From Octopus sinensis (Eukaryota): 64,000 nt of DNA. This document shows, piece by piece, positions 1-10,858 of the stretch; within the stretch, counting starts at the first letter, position 1; every line of letters starts with the position of its first letter. Both the position numbers and the translations under genes were made by a program. A model generated the notes under the pieces. It saw only the letters and a list, made by a program, of their open reading frames with translations, made no database searches and was not told the DNA's origin. The stretch is taken from the NCBI RefSeq assembly GCF_006345805.1, contig NC_043008.1, positions 50,096,001 through 50,160,000 on the forward strand, given 5' to 3'.

Positions 1-410
1 GCAAAATATGGTTGAGGCCCCCTGCTTTAGACAATTGTAGGCAGATGTAGACATCTATCTTGACCAATTTACACTTAACACAGCAGGTTATCCTGGATGT
101 GACAGTCAGAAGGAAGGAGAGCAGCACCAGCACTAGATGGCAATCATTTCAGCTGAGTCAAGTGGATCAACATGGAGTGAAGCGCCTTGTTCAAGGAGAC
201 AATGTGCCGCATGGCTCAGGAATCAAACTCAGGACGGTGTGATCATAAACCCAATACTCTAATCCCTAGTTTATGCACTGTCACACTTGCTAGAAATAGC
301 AGCTAAATTTCTCTCAAATCACATTCAACCATCTTTAGCCTTTTAGCAGTTAAATCAGCTACATGCAGCCCAAATATTTGACCTGTTTTATGTTAATATT
401 GGCCAGATCC

Positions 411-573
411 GAAGGCGGTAAGCTGTACATTCTGAGTTCAAATTCCGCCAAGATCGACTTTGCCTTTCATCCTTTCAGGGTCAATAAATTAATTACCAGT
501 TGCGAACTGGGGTCGATCTAATTGACTGGTCCCCTCCCCCAGAATTTTGGGTCTTGTGCCTAGAGTAGAAAAG
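411..573 (+). mobile_element. Internally deleted tRNA-derived SINE (Meta/MESC-like core) inserted in a TTAA-type MITE
   Basis: Core GCCTTTCATCCTTTCAGGGTCAATAAATTAATTACC; 16-bp TSD AATATTGGCCAGATCC at 395-410 and 574-589. Confidence 0.8.
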
Positions 574-1501
574 AATATTGGCCAGATCCAGCCTCTCACA
601 CCTACCATACAATGTTATTCTAAGAATAAAAAAAATCACATCATCTAAATCTCAAAGCTACAAGAGAATACAAGATTAATTCAAAACAATGCGAATAAAT
701 AAGGATTACATCTGACAGAGTAATTTGAAGGCTTAAGGGTGAAACACCAAAGGATATATTGACATCTCTGATACAGAAGAAACATGATGATCATGCTGGA
801 AACATCTTTGATCACAGGCTTACTGGATCAGGGTTAACCCAGGGTTTAACATAACCCACAATAACAATGTCATCTCTGTAGATGAAAACATCTGCTAATT
901 CTAGCCATTCACACAGAATTTATTACAAAGTAGACATCTTGTTTTTCGTGGGGGTGAGGTCTCTTTTACCCATTTGTTTCCAAGTTTTTGTTGAAATACA
1001 CTGATTTTGTTTCAATTAATGTCAAAAGTAATTAAGAATTTAGTAAAACAACTTTGTCATTATTAAGCAAGTCTTTGAAAGATAAATTAACACAAAATTT
1101 TAATGGAAGATTTTAATTTAAACCACTTTAAGACAGAAAATTTGTATCATAAAACCATATTTTGGGCACATTGGGCACATTGGTATCAAAAGGGTCAAAC
1201 CTTGTCAAAATTTTGAAATAATTTAGAAAATCGTTCTCTTTCCGGTACACCCACCCATCTACACACACAAATTTTCATTCAGCACCACAATGACTATTCC
1301 TTGTAATAGTGAAAAATATTTCATCAGATCTTGATTATTTTCCAAATATCTTGCTATGGTACTTTTATTTTTTATTCTCCCACCCACCTATCATCAAATC
1401 TGCTTTGTAAATACCTTGAAAATTAAACATACATACTTATTTTTTTCTTTTAGGCTATTTCACTTAAAACAGGGTTCAATTTAAAAAAGAGAGAGAGAAA
1501 G

Positions 1502-1575
<74 letters not shown>

Positions 1576-2107
1576 CACTGTATGGTATGTATGTGAGTGT
1601 GGAGGGTACAGAATCTGTGTGTGTGTGTGAATGACAATAGGATATGTATGTTGTGTTGAGAGTAATATAGGGTGTTACACTTGATTGATAATAATAATAA
1701 TAATCCTTGAAATTTTGGAGGAGCGGACTAGTCAATTACATCGACCCCCCAGCGCTTGACTGGTATTTAATTTATCAACCTGAAAGTATGAAAGGCAAAG
1801 TCAACCTCGAAGGAATTTAAACTCAGAATGTAAAACCAGATGAAATGCCATTGAGTATTTTGTCTGGTGTGCAAACAATGCCGCCAGCACACTGCCTCAG
1901 ATCTTTAGCATTGAAACCAGCCCAAATCTGGCCCAACTATTCTACCTTGTTTTATGTTCAGACTGGCCAGATTCAGCCTCTTACACCTGCCCTACAATGT
2001 CATTCTAAAAATAAACAACCACATCATCAAAATCTCGAAAATACAAAATCAAAACAATGTGAATCAATAAGCATTATATTTGACAGAGTAATCTGAATGC
2101 TAAAGGC

Positions 2108-2143
<36 letters not shown>

Positions 2144-2147
2144 TTAT

Positions 2148-2668
2148 CATGTACATTGTTTTGTTTTGGTATAAAAGATGGGCTACAGCAAATATTCAGC
2201 TCAATACCACAGATCTGCTTTTCAGTTGTTTGACCTTAACTAGTTGAGCATGTCCCTTTGTGGCTGACGATATGTGCATCTCTGATCACAATCAGAAGTA
2301 GTGGGGGAGCAACATAGCCATGTGTTGAGAGGAATTCTTTGGGGTTCAAATAATTCACTGCTGGAAACATGGGTGTTTCGTTCAACAGCCTTAAACAGCC
2401 CTTATTCAGGGACCTTTTGAGCAGGATGGGCTACTTGACCCAAAGAAAATTTTAACTGGACCCTACCTGCAAGGTCATGTGCTGTTAATCTTGATATGAG
2501 GTCACCATGTGATGTACATACGGTTGTGATATATGTGCCTAACATACCCTTATCAGACAGGTAGTCATGATGGGTACACTGGGCTTCATATATTTTACCC
2601 TAGTGTCACTTCGATGGCATTCACTGCTCTCTTACTCAATAATAATAAAATAATAATAATAATAATAA
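2148..2668 (+). mobile_element. Retroposon 3' region with (AAT)n tail
   Basis: Reverse-complement match to 11579-12052 over ~480 bp; ends in an AAT tail. Confidence 0.75.
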
Positions 2669-3358
2669 TGAGGATTTCTTTATTAACCACAAGGGTTTGC
2701 ATTAAGAAAAACATTATAGACAGTACAGGACAAAACAAAGAATGTGTGTGTGAGTGTGCATTGTTGTGAGGGCTTTATGTGTAAACAAGACCAACAAAAT
2801 TAAAAAATCACCAATGTGTGACCCTCAATAGTGAAGAGACGTTAGATGGCTGTTTATGGACACAACAGCAGTGTACGTCAAATGGTATGTCAATATCTCC
2901 TGTCAAGAAAGTCACACAATTCAGGGTGGGAGTGAGGGAAGTGAGGAATGGGGATCCTACAATACCAGGCAAGTCCATTCTATGTTAGCACAGATCAGCA
3001 GCTGGTAAAAACCAACTCCGCTATTTCACTGGTGTTTCATTTTTATTGACCTTGAGAAGATGAAAGGTCAAGTCTAACATGGCAACATTTGAGCTCTGAA
3101 TGTAAACAACTGTAACTCAACATGAGGCGTTTTGCCCAATGCTCCAACAATTGTCCGATTTAAAACCCCAACACGAAAATTAATATAAGATGATGTTAGG
3201 AGATAAGTGGTATGTCTCATCTGCACAACTCCACCTTGGTATACACTCCTTTCATGTCTGCTGAGATTTACCCCTCCAATACAACATATCACCTTTCATT
3301 AATCATCATCATTTTAATGTCCAATATTTCCATTTATCAGACAGAATTCATTGATATA

Positions 3359-4040
3359 GAGTCATCAGCTATATGAGAGTCTGCATGAGTCATCAGCTAT
3401 ATGAGAGTCTGCATGAGTCATCAGCTATATGAGTGTGCACGAGTCATTAGCTATATGAGAGTCCACATGAGTCATCAGCTACATGAAAGTCCACAAGAGT
3501 CATCAGCTACATGAGTCTGCATGAGTCATCATCCATATGAGAGTCTGCAGGAGTCATCAGCTATATGAGAGTCTGCATGAGTCATCAGCTACATGAAAGT
3601 CCACACGAGTCATCAGCTACATGAGTCTGCATGAGTCATCATCCATATGAGAGTCTGCAGGAGTCATCAGCTACATGAAAGTCCACACGAGTCATCAGCT
3701 ACATGAGTCTGCATGAGTCATCATCCATATGAGAGTCTGCAGGAGTCATCAGCTACATGAAAGTCCACACGAGTCATCAGCTACATGAGTCTGCATGAGT
3801 CATCAGCTACATGAAAGTCCACACGAGTCATCAGCTACATGAGTCTGCATGAGTCATCATCCATATGAGAGTCTGCAGGAGTCATCAGCTACATGAAAGT
3901 CCACACGAGTCATCAGCTACATGAGTTTGCATGAGTCATCATCCATGAGAGTCTGCAGGAGTCATCAGCTATATGAGAGTCTGCACGAGTCATCAGCTAT
4001 GAGAGTCTGCATGAGTCATCAGCTATATGAGAGTCATCAA
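3359..4040. repeat. Minisatellite, ~25 units of 26-28 bp (GAGTCATCAGCTAYATGA...) with an 82-bp higher-order trimer
   Basis: Units parsed by eye; three variant units (…ACATGAAAGTCCACAC, …ACATGAGTCTGCAT, …CCATATGAGAGTCTGCAG) recur in fixed order. Confidence 0.95.
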
Positions 4041-4133
4041 GGATCATTAGGTGTATAGCAAATTTTGTATCATCAAGTGTTTAAGAATATGTACCTAGTT
4101 CATCAACTATGTAAGAGAATTTATTTGGTTTAC

Positions 4134-4161
4134 CTTCTGTATCAGAAACCTTGGTTGTGAG
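4134..4161 (-). CDS. Candidate microexon F (28 nt, LTTKVSDTE+1 nt, or SQPRFLIQK in phase 2)
   Basis: tgttttttggtttttgtag|CTCACA...ACAGAAG|gtaaac; strong acceptor and donor, compatible with either donor of exon E. Confidence 0.45.
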
Positions 4162-4369
4162 CTACAAAAACCAAAAAACAGATACCCAAGACATAAGCTA
4201 CAATGAATAACTATTTATAATTTTGTCCAGTGCTTAATTTTGCCAATCTAGAGTACAAGGAAATTTGTTTTGGAAAAAACAATTGATTTAATAATTATTA
4301 GTTATTTTGTAATCAATTCTGGATAAATGAAAGGTAAAGTTGACTTCCCACTAGGATTTGAACACAGTA

Positions 4370-5527
4370 ATGATAACCCTTTCTATTATAGGCACAAGGC
4401 CTGATATTTTAGGGGTGGGAGAGATCTAGTTGACTGCATCAACCCCAGAACTTGACTGATACTTATTTCATCAACCCCAAAAGGATGAAAAATAATGTTG
4501 ATGTCAGTGGAATTTGAACTCAGAATGTAAAGACAGGCGAAATGCTATTAAGCAATTTGTCCAGCATGTTAATGATTCAGCCAGCTCACTGCCTTACTCA
4601 GAGCAATAATAAGGATTTCTAAGGCGGCGAGCTGGTAGAAACGTCAGCACGCCGGGCGAAATGCTAAGCAGTATTTCGTCTGCCGCTACATTCTGAGTTC
4701 AAATTCCGCCGAGGTCAACTTTGCCTTTCATCCTTTCGGGGTCGATTAAATAAGTACCAATTACGCACTGGGGTCGATATAATCGACTTAATCTGTTTGT
4801 CTGTCCTTGTTTGTCCTCTCTGTGTTTAGCCCCTTGTGGGTAGTAAAGAAATAGGTATTTCATCTGTCTTTACATTCTGAGTTCAAATTCCGCCAAGGTC
4901 GACTTTGCTTTTCATCTTTTCAGGGTCGATGAATTATGTACCAGTTACGTACTGGGTCAATCTAATCGACTCAAAAATTTCAAGCCTTGTGCCTAGAGTA
5001 GAAAAGAATAATGATTTCAAATTTTGGCACAAGGCCTGAAATTTTCGTGGGGTGGTGGTGGTGGTGGTGGGGTCAGTCAACTACATCAACCCCAGCACTT
5101 GACTGGTACTTATTTCATTGAACCTGAAAGGATGAAAGACAAAGTCATCTCATCAGAATTTGAACTCAGAACATGAAAACAGATGAAATGCCACTCAGCA
5201 TTTTTTTGTCTGCTGCACAAACATTGCTGCCAACTCTCTGCCCTATTCAGAGCAATAATAATAATGGCTTCAAATTTCGGTACAAGGTCTATTACTCAGA
5301 ATAATAATTATTATTTAAATTTTTTCACCACAAGGGCACCTTGGGGGAGGTGGGGAAGAGTTGATTACAATGACCCCAGTATTCAACTGGAACTTACTTT
5401 ATCAATCCTGAAAGGATGAAAAGTAAAGTCGACCTCGGCAGAATTTGAACTAAGAATGTAGCGACGAGCAAAATGTCGCTAAGCATTTTGTCCAGCATGC
5501 TAACGATTCTACCAGCTTACTGGCTTT
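4370..5527. mobile_element. Cluster of five Meta/MESC-like SINE copies in both orientations (young copy 4621-4853 +)
   Basis: Repeated head GGCGGCGAGCTGG, B-box-like GAGTTCAAATTCC and core GCCTTTCATCCTTTCGGGGTCGA on both strands. Confidence 0.85.
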
Positions 5528-5530
5528 ATC

Positions 5531-5577
<47 letters not shown>

Positions 5578-6514
5578 TACAAACAGCAATTCTGATTATA
5601 GTAGCAAGAGATCAAATCACATCATGGTTAACTATCTTTTCTTTCAAGGACTGAAAAATAAAATAGTGGGACAAGGTGGTGAATTGGTACGAACCATTAA
5701 CCCTTTTGTTACCATATTTCTGTTGGAATGGACTGCTTTTGCTTCAATCAGTTTTGAAAATAACAAAGAATTTAGCAAAACAACTTTGTCATTCTTAAGG
5801 TGGTGTTTGCAACAGAAATTTTGCTGGAAGGTTTTGAGGTAACTTGAAAAGAAGAAATTTCTATCATAAAACCAAGCACAGTCTCAGGCAGGTTGGTATC
5901 AAAAGGGTATAAAGTGTTGAATAAAATGTCTTGTGGCAGTTTTTCCAATTCTTTATGTTCTGAGTTCACCTAAGATGAAACAGGTGCTGAGCCATTTCTT
6001 TTCTTGCCTTTCTTTTGGACCACATTAGGAGTTTGGAGACAAGAGATTTACTACATGGGTAACAGTTGAACTGTTGGACTTCCATAAAAGTTCTTACCCA
6101 GCTCTGCACTCAAAAGAGAAACTTTCCAGGATTTTTCAAGGGGAAAGTAGTTAAATTTTTCAGTTCTTTTCAATTCCAAATTTTTGTTTAAAAATGCATA
6201 TTTAACTCTTTCAATATTGTTTTTGTTCTAAAATACAGTCTTAGCAGCTTCCATTAATTTTTAATATAATCCAGAATTTGGAGAAATTTAGTAAAAACAT
6301 AGTAAAAAATACCATTATTAAGCTGGTATTTGGAACAGGATTTAAAATGTCTTACATAAAATTATAGCAGGTTTTAACATAAACATGACCATTTGAAAAT
6401 GGGTCGTTTAATATCTTAGATCCAGAGGTAGTTTTAAGTGGCCTGGTATGAAAAGGGGTCAATATATTTCTTGTACGGGGAGGCAATAAAGTTTGCTTCC
6501 TACTCTTTTATAAC

Positions 6515-6558
6515 CTTGTTCATAACAAGTTGTCGAAGATAGCTTCTGACTCTAGGAG
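6515..6558 (-). CDS. Candidate small exon E (44 nt, (S/A)PRVRSYLRQLVMNK, phase 1->0; 55-nt variant to 6504)
   Basis: tttggtttttag|CTCCTAGA...AACAAG|gttata (or ...AAAGA|gtagga). Only the phase-1 frame is open, matching exon D. The donor is weak. Confidence 0.45.
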
Positions 6559-6692
6559 CTAAAAACCAAATTTTAAAATGCTTACTATTTAATCTAAAGT
6601 TTTCCATCATAATTCTATGCAATGTCCTAAACATCAATTTAAGATTGTAATAAATAAATAAATAAATATATATATATATATCTATATAAATT

Positions 6693-6735
<43 letters not shown>

Positions 6736-7788
6736 TTATATATAATATAAGCATACATATATATATAACAATGTTGACAATCTACTCTGGGTTTCACCCT
6801 TAGCTGGGCTGTTCCCGACTGCCGACTTTGATATAAATATCCATCTGTCCATTCTACTCAGCATATTAAGTTCTGTACCAGACAATATCTGCACTATGTA
6901 AAATATATTATTGATATACTTTGCTATAGTTACATTAATGTCTATATATATATATATATATATAATATATATATATATATATAGATAGATAATATATATA
7001 TATATATAGATAATATATATATATATAGATATCTGTTTAGTGTTGCCTGTCAGAAGATTACTCGACACTATAGTGGAGATTAATAATATTTTTATTTTAG
7101 AATATACACACACGCACACATGTATTTTAATAAATGTGTATATACACACACTCACATATACACACACACATATATATATATACACACACACACAAATCAA
7201 TAAATAGTTTCACTAAACCTCTTCAAATTCTTGACTATTTTTCAAAATTTACTCAAATTTTAAAAGACACACAGACACAATGTTTAGTCATCATTTGTTC
7301 CTTCTGTGCGGGGTGGGGAACTGTGTTAGAAATATGGTCAAGGTGAGGTTAAACAAACATCTTCCCTTCAGCCCCCCACCCCGACCCTTACTCCATTATT
7401 ATTGCCATCTCCGCTGCCACCACACCTCCACACTTTCAAAAGAGGATAAACGTCTCAGATCTGTTTAAATTTCAGCATCAGTTACATCACATTTGACCTA
7501 TCATAACATCACAACCACCAACCAGTCACGACCAGCCACAACCGCCACCGCCACCACCACCGACCCACCAAGCACTGACATCTATCCACCCACACCTAAT
7601 CCTAAATTCATTATAAACTGATAATCCAAACTATAGATCTCAATGAAACCAACAATAAATGCGTTGGTGTGTATTTATATATGTGGGTATATATGTACGC
7701 ATGTGTGCATGAATATATTTGCATATATATATATGTGTGTGTGTGTGTGTATGTGTGCATGTGCATACAAACATTACTGCATCGTTAC

Positions 7789-7794
7789 CTTGCA
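7789..7794 (-). CDS. Possible 6-nt microexon (TGCAAG, adds LQ)
   Basis: tttttgtggttgcttcttcctcgttatgtag|TGCAAG|gtaacg; frame-preserving and stop-free in the chain, but such short matches also arise by chance. Confidence 0.2.
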
Positions 7795-8527
7795 CTACAT
7801 AACGAGGAAGAAGCAACCACAAAAACAAAAGAAATAATTCAATACCTCAAGACATTTAATTATTATATGAAATTAATGAAGGAGAAGTTAACGAAAAGTA
7901 CACATATAAGAATCATAATATATAAATACATAAATAAAAAAGACAAATAAAAAATAAAAGAACTGTCACTGAGGCCTCACAAGGTCACCAATTCGGAGGG
8001 GAAGCAGTAGAGAAGAACTAAATGACTTCTTCTCCTCCTCACACCCAAGCACTCGTCTGTTCCTATATTTTAAAAGATGACAGGAAAAGTTGATCTCAGC
8101 AGGATTTGAGCACAGAACTTAAAGGGTCGCAACTGAAGTACCACGAGGGATAAGGATTTGAAACATAGAACATTTCAGGCCTTGGCCGACGCTTTCCCAG
8201 TTCTGCCTGCCATCGACTGTTTTTTTTTATAATAATAACAACAACAACAACAACAGCAACAACAAAACTAGCAGCAACAACAACAACAATTACAAGAAAT
8301 GATTGAAAAAAAGAAAGAAAAAAAGAAGAGAGAAAGAAAATACGGAAAGGAAGTAATCTAGCAAGTGGTAAGTAAAAAACGAGTACAGACTTTATGACGC
8401 AAGTCCAAGATGCAGTCCATTGTCATCTGAAATGCTCCAAGTTAAGACCATTCTAAAGATGATTGTCTGAAAAGGCACCCAACTGGTGACTATTGGCATG
8501 TGTCTTAATTGATCTACACTGACTCAC

Positions 8528-8548
8528 AACTATCAGTACTAGCGCCAC
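8528..8548 (-). CDS. Candidate microexon D (21 nt, (G)GASTDS, phase 1->1)
   Basis: catttctattag|GTGGCGCTAGTACTGATAGTT|gtgagt; frame-preserving length, consensus donor, TGC motifs upstream of the AG. Confidence 0.55.
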
Positions 8549-8794
8549 CTAATAGAAATGTACAGCATTTGCAAGGGAGATTAGAACATAATTACAACCA
8601 TCATCATCGTCGACGTCACCATCACCACCACTACCTCCTCTTCATACCACCATCATAATTATTGCTGCTGTTGTTGTTGTTGTTGTTATTATTATTATTA
8701 TTAATAGTTGACAGGGAAACAAACAGATGTAAAGAAATAAAGAAAATGTTGAATGAAACACTGAAGAGGTAAATAAAAGCTGCCTGCTTCTTAC

Positions 8795-8817
8795 CGTCAT
8801 TACTGTTCGTTAGGATA
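8795..8817 (-). CDS. Candidate microexon C (23 nt, (S)ILTNSND(G), phase 2->1)
   Basis: tatattag|TATCCTAACGAACAGTAATGACG|gtaaga. Only one frame is open and it matches exon B. Confidence 0.55.
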
Positions 8818-9029
8818 CTAATATAGACTTCACGCAAAGGTGTGTGTATGTGTGTGTGTGTGTCTGTGTCTGTGTGTAAGTACATATATATATATACATA
8901 TAGAGAGAGAGAGATACACACATACATATGTACATATACATGCATGTATAGGTAGGAGTTTATATATGTGGGCATGTTTGGATGTCCTTTTGTATTTGAA
9001 GACTACTTGTAAGTGTGTGTGTGTGTGTG

Positions 9030-9064
<35 letters not shown>

Positions 9065-9350
9065 TAGATAGATAGATAGATAGATAGACAGATGTGTGTG
9101 TGTGTGTGTATGTACACACATGTATGCAGAGGGCGTGTGTGCGTGCGTATGTGTGCAGCATGATGCGTATGCATATTTGAGAAAAGACAGGTCATCTCAG
9201 TGATGATTGCTCTACTAATTCTGGACAACACCACCACCAACAAATAACAAAACATGCAAAGAAACATGCATTTAAAGTCTCACACACACACACACACAAT
9301 AAAGTACAGCTCTCATTTGCTCTCTCTCTCCTTCTCCAGCAGGCCCTCAC

Positions 9351-9384
9351 CTCCACACTGTTTTCACGAGGTTAACAATCATAC
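9351..9384 (-). CDS. Candidate small exon B (34 nt, (C)MIVNLVKTVW(S), phase 1->2)
   Basis: Long U-rich tract ...tgttgtacaag|GTATG...TGGAG|gtgagg. Only one frame is open and it matches exon A. Two TGCATG motifs lie downstream (9253-9270). Confidence 0.55.
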
Positions 9385-9531
9385 CTTGTACAACACATAA
9401 CAAAGACAAATAAAAAGGTTCTTAGTCTCTTCTTTATGCTCCTATTTCTTCTTCTTCTTCTTCTTGCTGTCATTCCAGTTTTAATTATAATCAAGCTACA
9501 TGATATATAAGTGGTTGTCACCAACACTTAC

Positions 9532-9577
9532 ACAGAAGGTCCTGTTCACAGTTTTGGCGCCACCCACCATCCCAGAT
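9532..9577 (-). CDS. Candidate small exon A (46 nt, IWDGGWRQNCEQDLL+1 nt, phase 0->1)
   Basis: ctttag|ATCTGG...CTTCTGT|gtaagt in a GC-richer unique island. An upstream AG at 9622-9623 would give an alternative 90-nt form in another frame. Confidence 0.55.
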
Positions 9578-10045
9578 CTAAAGGCCAGCACCAAACCTGC
9601 CGCTAACAGCACAGGTAGAATCTAATCATGCATGAAATTTCAAGAGAAAATAAATGAACGGGTCAAAAAGCCAAAACAAACAAAAGAAAGCATTGAAACG
9701 AACAAAATATATTTTTTTTTTAAATCCAGGGAGGTTTTCCTGTGTAAGGAAAATTAGGGAGGTTGGACTCAAACTGAACAATGAAGAATAAACACGTTTT
9801 TTTTTTTTAATACAGAAATGAAAACTTAATATTTGGAGGTTACTAATTAAGTGACAGAAATGGTAGAATTCAGACAAAGTACATTCCTAACAGCATTGCA
9901 TTTTGTCTCCGTCCTTACCATTCTGAGTTCAAATCCTGCTGGAGTTGGTATTGGAGATGTTGAGTAGACTAACCATATCACTTTTGTTATAAACTATATT
10001 ATTATCATTATCATTATTATTGTTATTATCATTATTATTATTATC

Positions 10046-10447
10046 AAGGCGGCGAACTGGCAGAAACGTTAGCACGCCAGGTGAAATGCTGAGCGGTATT
10101 TCGTCTGCCACTATGTTCTGAGTTCAAATTCTGCCGAGGTCAACTTTGCCTTTCATCCTTTCAGGGTCGATAAATTAAGTACCAGTTACACACTGGGGGT
10201 CGATATAATCGACTTAATCCGTTTGTATGTCCTTGTTTGTCCCCTCTGTGTGTAGCCCCTTGTGGGCAGTAAAGAAATGGGTATTTCATCTGTCTTCATG
10301 CTCTGAGTTCAAACTCCACCAAGGTTGCCTTTCACCCTTTCAGGGTCACTAAAATGAGTACAAGCTGAGCACTGGGGGAAGGAGGGGCAATGTAATTGAT
10401 TTACCCCTTCCCTGAGATTGTTGGCTTCATGCCAAAATTTGAAATCA
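10046..10447 (+). mobile_element. Compound SINE: long-tail copy followed by a 5'-truncated short-tail copy
   Basis: Same head and core as 4621; restarts at GGTATTTCATCTG directly after the TAAAGAAAT tail. Confidence 0.85.
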
Positions 10448-10507
10448 TTGTTGTTATTACTATTGGTGTTATTATTATTATTATTATTATATTATTATTA
10501 TTATTGT

Positions 10508-10858
10508 AGCAAGTTTGTTGAAAGGTGGGTGAATGTTGGAAGAATGGCCAGTGTGAAAGGACCAATTCTGAGCATGCACCTGTGTAAAAATTAAAGGGTT
10601 CTTGCCCTGTTGATCAGGCACCCGTGGCTTTTCTGGGTTTTTCCACAAGGACCTTAAAGTGGCTCCCCTATTTGGAGCTTTAATTTGTTCAATTTTTAAT
10701 TGTTATTTATATTGTTTACACATGGAAAACCCATTGTGTCATCCTGTTTTTGTCTTTTATGTTGTTGCATGTCCTTTAATGTTATTGTATGTGAGCCCTT
10801 GTGGCTAATAAAAGAATGAATTATTATTATTATATTATTATTATTATTATTATTATTA
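10508..10858 (+). mobile_element. 5'-truncated LINE 3' end (Tx1/L1-like)
   Basis: Frame KFVERWVNVGRMASVKGPILSMHLCKN* from 10511, U-rich 3' UTR, AATAAA and (TTA)n tail. The clade assignment is from resemblance only. Confidence 0.5.

Noticed and set aside
3359-4040. CRISPR-like appearance of the repeat array
   Set aside because: The intervening sequences are themselves repeated variants, not unique spacers; there are no cas genes and the context is eukaryotic.
6795-6895. Open frame ILSGTELNMLSRMDRWIFISKSAVGNSPAK on the minus strand
   Set aside because: No convincing donor and an ambiguous acceptor; may be a repeat fragment embedded in (TA)n.
7981-8017. 37-nt GT-AG segment within the exon cluster
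   Set aside because: It matches the decayed tail of the common SINE, so it is probably repeat-derived.
9535-9614. Plus-strand reading of the exon A island (KVLFTVLAPPTIPDLK...)
   Set aside because: The plus-strand donor is weak and has no compatible neighbours; the minus-strand signals are stronger and consistent with adjacent exons.
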